The notes under the pieces are model-generated. The model did no database searches, was not told the origin of the DNA, and saw nothing but the letters and a program-made list of their open reading frames with translations. Shown one piece after another: positions 17,244 through 26,040 of a stretch of DNA of 64,000 nt. Origin of the DNA: a virus (lineage: Duplodnaviria; Caudoviricetes); the IMG/VR virus record IMGVR_UViG_3300009551_000049, positions 1,196 through 65,195 of that record. One strand, given 5' to 3'. The first letter of the stretch is position 1; every line of letters begins with the position of its first letter. Made by a program: the position numbers and the translations under genes.

Positions 17244-17800
17244 TTTGTTCTCAGGCAATACGATTTGAAATCCTCGTTGTCCAGATGGGTGATGCGCCAG
17301 CCATGCGACTTGCAGAAATCATTGACGGCCTCGACGACGCCAAAATTCCACTTTTTAGCCTGCTCGTTCTGGGTGTAATCGTGGCCCATTAAATACCCAT
17401 TGGGGCCAACTACACGACTCCATGCAACCAAGTCGGAGTAGCAGGCTTCATAGAGATGGTCGCCATCAATGTAAACGGCTGTCAGTGCGCCATCCATAAA
17501 CTGCTTTGCGGCGTCCAACGAGTCGGCGCGCAATATCGTGTAACGACCTCCTTGAGAATGGCCACGGATGTTGTGCTGGGTTTCACGAAGATTGGCTTCA
17601 TGGTCATCCTGCTTTAACGGATCGTTATACTCCGGCCTCGGTTTCCAGCTATCTATCAGATAAACATGCCGGAAATTCGGCATACTCAGGATTTCGTTGC
17701 TGAGATACCCGCGCCAGACACCAATTTCAGCAATGGTGCTGTTCATCGGCAGGGTGCGGATGAGGTCTAGCCGGGTTGGTACATGAATGATTTCGCTCAT
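17240..17800 (-). CDS. Class I SAM methyltransferase (Methyltransf_24-like)
   Basis: AEIGVWRG, YLIDSW, VYIDGDHLYE, GHDY. Confidence 0.85.
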   Translation of the reverse strand: MSEIIHVPTRLDLIRTLPMNSTIAEIGVWRGYLSNEILSMPNFRHVYLIDSWKPRPEYNDPLKQDDHEANLRETQHNIRGHSQGGRYTILRADSLDAAKQFMDGALTAVYIDGDHLYEACYSDLVAWSRVVGPNGYLMGHDYTQNEQAKKWNFGVVEAVNDFCKSHGWRITHLDNEDFKSYCLRTK

Positions 17801-17802
17801 GG

Positions 17803-18354
17803 TCAAATTTTTCTGAAGGCTATGAAACCACCGGCCTTGGATTCAACCTCAATACCGTGCTTTGTGGACGCTTCCATGATTTCGTTCAGGGCGCGCGTAC
17901 CACCTTGAAAATCGACATGGCCGTAGTCATGGAACGCCATGATTCCACCCTCGGTAATCATCGGCCAAAATTTATCGAAAGCGGCCATTGTGTTTTCATA
18001 GGTATGGTCGTGGTCAATGAAGCACCAGCAAAATTGGGGGTTTGTTTTTAATTTTGGAATCTCTTTGAAATCTTGATTTAAAACGCCGACTTTGTGGCCT
18101 TCGCATAAACCGTATTTATCCAAATTTTCTTTCAAGGTTTCGACCTGTCCGCATTCGACACAAATAAGCGTCTTCCATGAAGGCAATACTGATAGCGTCA
18201 AAAGCGCACTCAGACCATTCAAGGAGCCGACTTCAATAGCATCGCCAAGAATGTTCGTTACCTCAAGGACACACAACTGTAGGGCTATGCGCTCCTGTTC
18301 TGAAATATAGCCGACGACTTCAGGAAATTTTCCACTGGTGTTTAGGGGGTTCAT
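17803..18354 (-). CDS. Class I SAM methyltransferase (Methyltransf_24-like)
   Basis: IEVGSLNGLS, FIDHDHTYE, GGIMAFHDY. Confidence 0.85.
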   Translation of the reverse strand: MNPLNTSGKFPEVVGYISEQERIALQLCVLEVTNILGDAIEVGSLNGLSALLTLSVLPSWKTLICVECGQVETLKENLDKYGLCEGHKVGVLNQDFKEIPKLKTNPQFCWCFIDHDHTYENTMAAFDKFWPMITEGGIMAFHDYGHVDFQGGTRALNEIMEASTKHGIEVESKAGGFIAFRKI

Positions 18355-18358
18355 AACT

Positions 18359-18829
18359 TCACTTTGTCAGCCGGATGCGAAATGATTCAAGTTCGTCCTT
18401 CTCAATCCCAATCACACGATGATGGCCATAGATAATTGGCCTGAATTCGTTGTTTCCTGCATTGATGTCAATGTCTTCTTCCATATCTTTGAATCCGGCA
18501 AGCGTACAAACAGTTCCCAAGCTATCCCGAGTCCACGCCGTCATGTGGCCATGACCTAGAATGATGTCTCGCGCATGATCCGGTTCAAGGTAATCCAAAA
18601 CCGGCATGGACACATGCAGAACACCGCCGGTCTTCAGTATGCGCTTGGCTTCAAGCAGGAACCGGAACATGTCCGGCGCAGAAACATGCTCAAGACAGTG
18701 CTCAATCAGAATTTCATCAACCGCTCCATCATTGTACGGAAGCCGCTTGGTCACGTCCACATCAGCATCGTGATTCGACCAGCCTTCGAGGATGTTACCG
18801 CCGCAGCCAAATTGGACTTTAAGGCTCAA
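18359..18829 (-). CDS. Class I SAM methyltransferase (Methyltransf_11-like)
   Basis: QFGCGGN, LPYNDGAVDEI, HCLEHV, RILKTGG. Confidence 0.85.
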   Translation of the reverse strand: MSLKVQFGCGGNILEGWSNHDADVDVTKRLPYNDGAVDEILIEHCLEHVSAPDMFRFLLEAKRILKTGGVLHVSMPVLDYLEPDHARDIILGHGHMTAWTRDSLGTVCTLAGFKDMEEDIDINAGNNEFRPIIYGHHRVIGIEKDELESFRIRLTK

Positions 18830-19080
18830 GATTTTCCTTTCTCGCGTTCGATGAGCATTGCTTGAGCTATTCCATATGCTCCTTGCGCTACAAATGCAGG
18901 GTCGGTTTTACTAATAGATGCACACCGATCAATCATCACAGACAACGCCTTTGCTGCGAAGTAGTCCAACAGGGTCATGCCTTGATGTGGCCTTGTACCG
19001 CGTGGAACACCATTCAATTCGTACTCAGCAAATTCGCTTGGAAACGCTGGCCCGCCATCATTGGTATTATCGTTTTTCAT
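18826..19080 (-). CDS. Small conserved phage protein (DGGPAFP ... GMTLLDYFAAKA family)
   Basis: Recognisable GGPAFP/GMTLRDYFAA motif of a common small phage family. Confidence 0.8.
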   Translation of the reverse strand: MKNDNTNDGGPAFPSEFAEYELNGVPRGTRPHQGMTLLDYFAAKALSVMIDRCASISKTDPAFVAQGAYGIAQAMLIEREKGKS

Positions 19081-19306
19081 TTTTTGAGTATTCTGGGTAA
19101 AGCCTACGGTCAACGATGGCGGCGATTTCGTGCATCTGACCGCTGTTCAGGTATCCGCGCTCGTAGGCCGAGGTAATCACGCCTTTGACGAACTTATTGA
19201 CTGGGGAGCGAAACCAAAACATGAACGTTCGACCCCAAAACCCAAGCGACTTCTTGTAGCGAAAGTCGATTTGCTTCTGGCCTTGGTTGGCGAATGAATT
19301 AACCAT
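19067..19306 (-). CDS. Hypothetical protein, probably leaderless
   Basis: ATG lies 7 nt after the TGGCACGGT motif. Confidence 0.6.
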   Translation of the reverse strand: MVNSFANQGQKQIDFRYKKSLGFWGRTFMFWFRSPVNKFVKGVITSAYERGYLNSGQMHEIAAIVDRRLYPEYSKNEKR

Positions 19307-19313
19307 AATTTAG

Positions 19314-19342
19314 ACCGTGCCAAAAGTTGCACGGTTTGTCCA
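19314..19342 (-). promoter_or_regulatory. TGGACA...TGGCACGGT putative promoter with palindrome ACCGTGC-N8-GCACGGT
   Basis: 22-mer nearly identical to the one at 9362-9383. Confidence 0.55.
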
Positions 19343-19346
19343 GCAT

Positions 19347-19904
19347 TTATTTGGATTTACTTTGCTTGCCCTTCGATACCATATCATCTGAATTTTCTTG
19401 ATTTGTGCCAGCCCAAAGATGGTTCGGATTTACACATGGTCGGTTGTCGCAACTATGGCAGATACAGGGTTTTCTTTTTGGAATTTTACCAACAAACCAT
19501 TGATACATCAGCCTATGAGCATGGGTGGATTTTTTATTTATGCTAAAATAGCCATAGCCCTTATTGGTAATTGCACTTTTCCAAATCCAGCAGTCATTAT
19601 CTCCAGAAACCTTGACCAGAAGTAGAAACCTTTCCTGAATTGATTTTGGAAACTGACATTTTTCATTACAAAACACCCTTTTTGGACGCCTGATATAAAT
19701 GGCCTTCTTCAAGACTGTTTTTCCGCATGAAAAACAGACAACCTCGATCAAATCAGTCGAACGGCTAATGAAGGCTTTTCTTCGGCCTTCCTCCAAGCGC
19801 GCCGTTGCGACGGGCAGCAGACTTTTTCTTTTTGCTTCGGCTTCGACCGCCAATTTTACCGCCCTTCTTGCCAAGAGCAACGGCGTGAGGGTTTTTAAAC
19901 TCAT
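19347..19904 (-). CDS. HNH homing endonuclease
   Basis: [36 protein letters not shown]; N-terminal CxxC; AT-rich. Confidence 0.9.
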   Translation of the reverse strand: MSLKTLTPLLLARRAVKLAVEAEAKRKSLLPVATARLEEGRRKAFISRSTDLIEVVCFSCGKTVLKKAIYIRRPKRVFCNEKCQFPKSIQERFLLLVKVSGDNDCWIWKSAITNKGYGYFSINKKSTHAHRLMYQWFVGKIPKRKPCICHSCDNRPCVNPNHLWAGTNQENSDDMVSKGKQSKSK

Positions 19905-19935
19905 TCATAAAATATCCCAAAGCGGTTACGGTTTG

Positions 19936-22260
19936 TCAAATGCAGTTTTCTTTTGTGAATTTCAATTCTGGCAAATGTTTTTCGGCAAAAGCGCGCCAAA
20001 TTAAGCGGTTGTGCTGATTTGCTGGAGATACATTTACATAATCAGGCCGCGCCCAGTAAGATTCGTGAGTGATATGGTAGATATATCCGCGAGGGAACTC
20101 CGCTGGGAAAATGTGACGAATGAAGCTCTCTCTGGTAGATTTCATCCCGTGATAAAGGCGTATCAGGGCAGTCATTGCGACATCCCAATCAGATGCGCCT
20201 AAAATAAAGTCTCCAATTTCATCCCAGTATTCTAAAAGCCAAGACTTTTTGAAAGCGAACAAATCCCGACCAAAATGGGGCGGTGTGATTTTTGCCATCT
20301 CGATTGGATTTAATGTCCGCATTGGCAATGCCCTGTTAATATCGCATCTCTGACTGCATACAGCGTCATAAACACTGACATAAAATTGAAGAACGTCAGG
20401 TAATTCGGCGTGAAGTATGTTGTCGTCATTGGTAAAAAAAATGATGTCATCATATTCCGCCTGATCCATCGCGTTTTTAAGCACGTCCTTGAGATACGGC
20501 AGCGGTCGCTTTTCGCCAATGTCCTCTGCGGTGCGCGGATACTTCCACAAATGGGCCGGAAGCATCCTGCCCGTCGAATACAATAAGTCCCACGATGACT
20601 GGGCGACCTTTTTACGGTTTGCCACGTCGATATTTTCTTCTTCGTGCCGCTCGGTGGCATGGAAAATCCGACGTGTTGGCGGGTATTTCACGGGATAATT
20701 CTTGGCGAAGAAGGAAAGCGCGCGTTTAATTGCGGCATCTGCCATCTTATGAATAGCCGCAAGGACGACTTCTGGAGTAGCTTTGTCGTATTCAATACGC
20801 TCGACACAATTGCACCTAAGAACGCTTCCAGCCCAAGGCAGCGGGTTGACCAAGGCCACCACGGGCACTACGGAGGCGGCGGCAAGGTGGATAACAGCGG
20901 TGTCGATGGCCACCACCCCAACCGCCTTGTCCATCAGTCCGATGATGTCGTAAATTTTCTCTGCCCGGATAGCGTTCAGGTCGATGACGTTCATATAACC
21001 GCCCCATTTTGACCTGATGGCGTCCAGAACAGCTACGCCGCCCGGAAACGGGCTACTAACCGAAGACGTGACCTGAACCAAAAGCATCGGCTTTCCGTTG
21101 TCCAGCTTGGAAATCAACTGGGCCTCGCGCTTTTTATCGCGGAGGTCAAAATTCAGCTCAAAGGTCGGATCAGTGAACCGACACAAAAACCCAAGTTCCC
21201 GCCAACTTTCCATGTTGTAGCTGGCGCAACGCTTTTCTTGCGTATGATTCTTACCCCAAATCTGGCCGCGCAGCACGATTGGGAACCGGCGGCGGGCCAT
21301 CTGCATGGCCGTATCGAGCCGGTCATACGAAAGGTCAACAATTTCAGGAATCACATAGCTGACACCTTCAAGGATGGAGGCGAATTCGCGCGCCACCATC
21401 AGATGCGGCTTGGCGTAGTTTTCCGCAATATGTCGGCAGATTGGCAGAAGGTTTGCTATGTCTCCAAAGCGGCCCAGCTCGACAATGCACACGCGCTGCT
21501 TGTTCTGGGACTTCTCGAATTCGCGCGCCTTGAACTCCTTGACCAAAACGGTCAAATCCTGTGGATCGGCTGGAATCAAATTGATGATGCCCTTGGGTTC
21601 AAGATTGTTGGTGAACCGGCGGTACAGGTCTTCCGCCACGCGCTCGTAGGCTGGCTTCAATGAGCCTGTGTCTTCTCCGAGACCGGAGACGTGGTATGCG
21701 CCATTACCCCAGCAATAGATGAAGCTCATGTTATCCTCGGGCAGATTAACCCTCTGGCCGGGGCACAGCCCGGTGACGCGACCGACAAAATGCTTGTCCT
21801 CTCCAACCGAAAGCTCGTTGTATTTTCCGGCCTTTTCCCAAGCGGGCTTGGTGAAAGCGAACGTGTTGTACGAGCCGCTCATGTGCTTCAAAATCTTTCC
21901 ACCCTCGGAATAGAACTGGTTTTCAAACCAGACCCATTCAATCCCATCGGTGAAGTGTTCTGCGAAATTAGAGAAGTGAAATGGCATCACCAAATCATCG
22001 TCGTCATGCGTGACTATGATTGATCCCGTAGCGGCTTCGACCCCGATGTTACGGCAGGCACCGAGCGAAGGCGGGCGTTTATTGAGGTTCAATATCCTTA
22101 CGAGCGGATGCTGGAATTCAAGCGTTTGCTCAGTACATGAATTGACCACGACAAGCTCCCTGTTTTCGTAGTCTTGGGCGAGGAAATCGCGGAGCGCAGT
22201 TTGAAGATGGGAAACACGGCCAAAGGTGACAGTTATGGCTGAAATTTTCGGTTTATCCAT
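19936..22260 (-). CDS. Tri-domain glycosyltransferase (GT2 + GT9/heptosyltransferase-like + GT-A-like)
   Basis: N-terminal QDYENRELVVVN...THDDDD...GED; middle LGRFGDIANLLP...IDTAVIHLAAA; C-terminal IIFFTNDDNIL...GRDLFAF...GASDWD. Confidence 0.8.
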   Translation of the reverse strand: MDKPKISAITVTFGRVSHLQTALRDFLAQDYENRELVVVNSCTEQTLEFQHPLVRILNLNKRPPSLGACRNIGVEAATGSIIVTHDDDDLVMPFHFSNFAEHFTDGIEWVWFENQFYSEGGKILKHMSGSYNTFAFTKPAWEKAGKYNELSVGEDKHFVGRVTGLCPGQRVNLPEDNMSFIYCWGNGAYHVSGLGEDTGSLKPAYERVAEDLYRRFTNNLEPKGIINLIPADPQDLTVLVKEFKAREFEKSQNKQRVCIVELGRFGDIANLLPICRHIAENYAKPHLMVAREFASILEGVSYVIPEIVDLSYDRLDTAMQMARRRFPIVLRGQIWGKNHTQEKRCASYNMESWRELGFLCRFTDPTFELNFDLRDKKREAQLISKLDNGKPMLLVQVTSSVSSPFPGGVAVLDAIRSKWGGYMNVIDLNAIRAEKIYDIIGLMDKAVGVVAIDTAVIHLAAASVVPVVALVNPLPWAGSVLRCNCVERIEYDKATPEVVLAAIHKMADAAIKRALSFFAKNYPVKYPPTRRIFHATERHEEENIDVANRKKVAQSSWDLLYSTGRMLPAHLWKYPRTAEDIGEKRPLPYLKDVLKNAMDQAEYDDIIFFTNDDNILHAELPDVLQFYVSVYDAVCSQRCDINRALPMRTLNPIEMAKITPPHFGRDLFAFKKSWLLEYWDEIGDFILGASDWDVAMTALIRLYHGMKSTRESFIRHIFPAEFPRGYIYHITHESYWARPDYVNVSPANQHNRLIWRAFAEKHLPELKFTKENCI

Positions 22261-22302
22261 TTCCAGACCATGCCATATTTGGCTCGCTCAATACAAGCGT
22301 AA

Positions 22303-25300
22303 TCATGCAGACGTGATATTGAGCGTAAACCCGCCGACAATCTTGCCGATGCTGAGTGCTTTGGTGTCCTGAACCCAGAGTGTCCATGCCCCGTTCGGAT
22401 TACCACCATTGAAAGCAGCCAGTGTGTTGTTTGGCGCACCGGACGGACAAGGCAACGGGAACGGGAAAAATGGCCCAATCTGGGTTGGCTTAAACGTGCC
22501 TGAAGCCATGCTGGAACCATTCAGAGAGCTTCCAGCGGCATCGTCAAAAACAAGATTGATGCCGGTGACATTGATGGAGCCGCCGCAATTACGCATCAGG
22601 TTTACCAGCACACCGTCCGGCGACATGAGCATGATTGAAACATCGGTTGGAAACTGATGCTGAAACCCGCTGATGGTGGCCGTGACCTTGGTGATATGCC
22701 CCGTGAGGCCGGAGACGCATTTCACAGCCGGATACGGAGTAGCCGCCGAATTGTCGTTGATCGTGATTTGACCCGCGCTGGTGTCCGTACAGCTACAGGA
22801 AAGAGCTGCATTGGCCTGTGCCGTGGCCTGCGCCAATGCCTGAGTCTGGGCATCCTGCTGGCTGATTAAGCTGATGTATGTAACGCTCTTGGTTACAGAT
22901 TGGCCAGTCTGTCCGACCGGGCAATTTGCGGTGTAAGCTTCAGTGGCAGAATACGAATTGATGCACTGGATGGCAGCATTTGCCAGAGCGGTCGCGGCGG
23001 CGAGTGCTTTGGCATCAGCGTCCGCCTGAGAAACAAGGCTGGTTGCCGTCGCGCTCTTGCACAATGTCGGGCTTGGCGCAAAAATCACGCCTCCAAAACT
23101 TGCCCTTACAAACGTGGCCTTGGTCTTGTCATAAACAAGCTTGAAGTATTTAAACTGCGCCGGGTCAAACGTGCAACAGTTGGCAAGCTTGACCGTCATA
23201 TCAACATCGCCATTTGGATTGGCTGGGTAGCCACGGTCAGAAGTCAGGAAAATTTTTTGCCAAGTGATACCATCATTCGATCCGTTGACCGACAATGTAA
23301 AATTATCGACGCTTGTGAACGTCCAGCAAATGATGTTTAAAATTGGAGGCGTGGCAAAATTAAAATACGTTCCATCCGCTGCCGAATTTTGGGTAAAAGA
23401 TGGCAGCGCGCCTTCGTCGGCTAACACCTGAGTTCCTCCATTTGGGCACTGTACGCAAGCCTGCTGGGTGCTTGCGTATTGCTTGGGCGGAGTATATCCG
23501 GGCACTTCGATGTTTGGCAACGGATTCGGGTCTGGCAGTTGAACGGGTGGCGGTGTATCGAGACATCCGGTGCCATAGCAATTGTATCCGCTGATGTAAG
23601 AGAAAACCGCGCCTGCCCCAAACATTTGAAGCTTTGATACCGCAACGCCAATAAACCCGGTGGACGTAGTTTTTGTGATGTAAATCCGGTAATTGGTGAA
23701 TGCTTGAGGCGATGCGACATTAAATGTGAGCGCGTCCGCCGCCTCGGTTCCGGTAAATACAACCCCGGTTCGACTATCAACCGTAGTCCAATCCGTGCCA
23801 TTGTTTGAGCCTTGAAAAAGCCAGTCTGTCGGAATCAATTGAGGGTCAATGTAACTTGCCCGCATCAGATACGATCCGACTACTTTTGGGGAATCAAATT
23901 CGTAGGCCAGCCATTGTGGAACATCTTCCCCAGTCGCCCAAAATGTCGCCGTTGGGTCGGGGCCATCTTGGTCATCAAAAGCCTGAAACGGGTAATAAGA
24001 ATTGTTGGTGGATGAGGCAGACGCAATACCGCTTGGGGTGGTGTCGTCTGTCATCGCAGGAATCAATGCGCCTTCGCTTCCGTATCCAGTTTGAACATAG
24101 GTGGTGCCAATGCCACAGGCAGGCGGGACGTAAACCACATTCTCGGTTGAAAACCCATCGCTCAAAATGTTTATGATATTGGTCGTATCATCGAACGAAA
24201 CATTATCGAGTAACGCCCCGGCAGAAGCCGCGCCCGACGAGGCCGATGTCTGCTGAAACCTGATCCAGACAGAGATATTATCGGGGGCCGTAAATGTGAA
24301 CGACTGGGGCTGAAACGGTTGCTGGTAGTCATTTATTGTCACCGATTGATTCAAGTAATTGACCTGAGAGCCGGTGGTATTTTCAGACGGCGCAACCGAA
24401 CAGGCGTCAATCGTGCCAACCAAAAATGCCGCCAGCATGTCAGTTTCGCTCATGTGGTCAACATAGGCGGGTGCCGTGGGGGCGATGGTGGCGATAAGAT
24501 AGTACGCGCTATCTGGACTCTCTCCGGTTGTGCGGTAGATGTTTATCGCGGTCGCCGACGCGGAAGCTGTGGCTTGGACTGTGATGGACGCATTTGCTGT
24601 TGTCGGCGTTGCCGACGAAACAGGGCTTGATGCGGTTTCACCATTTGCATTGACGTAGGTGTAAACATATTTGTAAGTCGGAGTTCCAACCAGCGGTGTA
24701 CCGGATTCGTTCACCGTCAGAACCGGAGCAACGTCCGGGTTGGGAATGCCATCATTATTGCGGCCAAAAATTCGCATGTTGACCGTGCTTGAAGTTCCTG
24801 CCGCGCGCTGGTTTCCGGCCAGAACCAAGGAAAGCCGGTAAGAGTGTCCTTTGGTAAGGGCAAACGAATTCTTGCTTTCCATTATTCCGTTGTGAGGAGC
24901 ACTCGAACCCGCCAGCTCCACGTAAAGCCCGTTACCGGGCAGAAAATCAAGAAATCCGTTGCCAATCAAATCAACATGACCGCTGATGACATTCCAATTT
25001 TTGAACTTGCAGTAATCCAGCTTTCCCTTGGCTTCAAAATCGTCACCGACCGGCGCACAGTTACCAGCGCACAGATAGCCACGCAACCCGTTGATAGCCC
25101 GCAGGGCATCAGTATCAACGCCGTTGTAACTGTTCACAAAAAAACCGCCGGTCGAAAAAGTTTCCAACAATGAAAATGCAGTTCCGGTGGCACGAACACC
25201 AAGACAAAGTACAACCCCGCCCGAGGACTTGAATGCAGCCAGCGCGGCCAGCGCATCACTGGCATCATTCGCTGTGGCGGACGAGTCCTCGCCATCGGTC

Positions 25301-26040
25301 AAAAGCATCAAAACCTTTTGGTCAACCGAAACTGATCCAAGCGATGCAATCGCAGAATTGGCAGCGACTTTATATCCAGTCAATTGACCGGCTGTGGTGA
25401 TTGTGTCAACCAGTGCGGAAACCGAGGCCGCGTTTGAAATCGGGGCGGACAAAACCGTGTATCCAGTGTCATAAAAAACAGCAAGTCCGACCAAATCCTT
25501 TTGCGTGTTCACCGAATTTATGAACTGCTTGGCGGCGGCTTTTGCAAAATCAATCTTCTGAGAATAAGACCCGCCGAAAGCCTGAGTCATCGACTTGCTG
25601 ATGTCGATGACGACCATTATGCCGACTGCAATATCTGCACAGCAATTGACCCCACCCAATACCGACAAGCTCGCACTGGCAGTCAGGCCCGTGTAGGAGG
25701 CGGTGATGACAGCCTCTCCATCAGTTAATCCGGTGGCATTTCCTGAAGATGACCCGACCACGGCAACGTCTGGATTTGAAGTGGTAAAAACGGTCTGGTT
25801 GGTCACATCCTTTTCTTGACCATTGCTGACAATAAAAGCCTTGAATTGAACACTGCCAAGCTGGCAGCAAAGCGAGACTTCAGGCTTGATGATGAGTTGG
25901 GAAGATACGCCACAAACATTCGGGTTTAGCAGTGCAAAAACCGGATCGTTACAGCGCGCGTCCGGCGGGGGCGGCGTATTGGAGCACGGCTGATTTGTGA
26001 TTCTGCCTAGATTCATACATTCAAATTGTAAGTGCCGCAC
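22303..26040 (-). CDS. Multi-domain virion adhesin/tail protein (Ig-like Big_2, vWA, discoidin F5/8-like, DUF5977-like repeats, proprotein convertase P-domain)
   Basis: DVTNQTVFTTSNPDVAVV (Big_2); VIDISKSM and LLTDGED (vWA MIDAS); PQWLAYEF...FQGSNNGTDWTTVD (F5/8); SQADADAKA repeats; ITINDNSAATPYP...H.FPTDVSIMLMSPDG (P-domain). Confidence 0.82.
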   Translation of the reverse strand: MRHLQFECMNLGRITNQPCSNTPPPPDARCNDPVFALLNPNVCGVSSQLIIKPEVSLCCQLGSVQFKAFIVSNGQEKDVTNQTVFTTSNPDVAVVGSSSGNATGLTDGEAVITASYTGLTASASLSVLGGVNCCADIAVGIMVVIDISKSMTQAFGGSYSQKIDFAKAAAKQFINSVNTQKDLVGLAVFYDTGYTVLSAPISNAASVSALVDTITTAGQLTGYKVAANSAIASLGSVSVDQKVLMLLTDGEDSSATANDASDALAALAAFKSSGGVVLCLGVRATGTAFSLLETFSTGGFFVNSYNGVDTDALRAINGLRGYLCAGNCAPVGDDFEAKGKLDYCKFKNWNVISGHVDLIGNGFLDFLPGNGLYVELAGSSAPHNGIMESKNSFALTKGHSYRLSLVLAGNQRAAGTSSTVNMRIFGRNNDGIPNPDVAPVLTVNESGTPLVGTPTYKYVYTYVNANGETASSPVSSATPTTANASITVQATASASATAINIYRTTGESPDSAYYLIATIAPTAPAYVDHMSETDMLAAFLVGTIDACSVAPSENTTGSQVNYLNQSVTINDYQQPFQPQSFTFTAPDNISVWIRFQQTSASSGAASAGALLDNVSFDDTTNIINILSDGFSTENVVYVPPACGIGTTYVQTGYGSEGALIPAMTDDTTPSGIASASSTNNSYYPFQAFDDQDGPDPTATFWATGEDVPQWLAYEFDSPKVVGSYLMRASYIDPQLIPTDWLFQGSNNGTDWTTVDSRTGVVFTGTEAADALTFNVASPQAFTNYRIYITKTTSTGFIGVAVSKLQMFGAGAVFSYISGYNCYGTGCLDTPPPVQLPDPNPLPNIEVPGYTPPKQYASTQQACVQCPNGGTQVLADEGALPSFTQNSAADGTYFNFATPPILNIICWTFTSVDNFTLSVNGSNDGITWQKIFLTSDRGYPANPNGDVDMTVKLANCCTFDPAQFKYFKLVYDKTKATFVRASFGGVIFAPSPTLCKSATATSLVSQADADAKALAAATALANAAIQCINSYSATEAYTANCPVGQTGQSVTKSVTYISLISQQDAQTQALAQATAQANAALSCSCTDTSAGQITINDNSAATPYPAVKCVSGLTGHITKVTATISGFQHQFPTDVSIMLMSPDGVLVNLMRNCGGSINVTGINLVFDDAAGSSLNGSSMASGTFKPTQIGPFFPFPLPCPSGAPNNTLAAFNGGNPNGAWTLWVQDTKALSIGKIVGGFTLNITSA

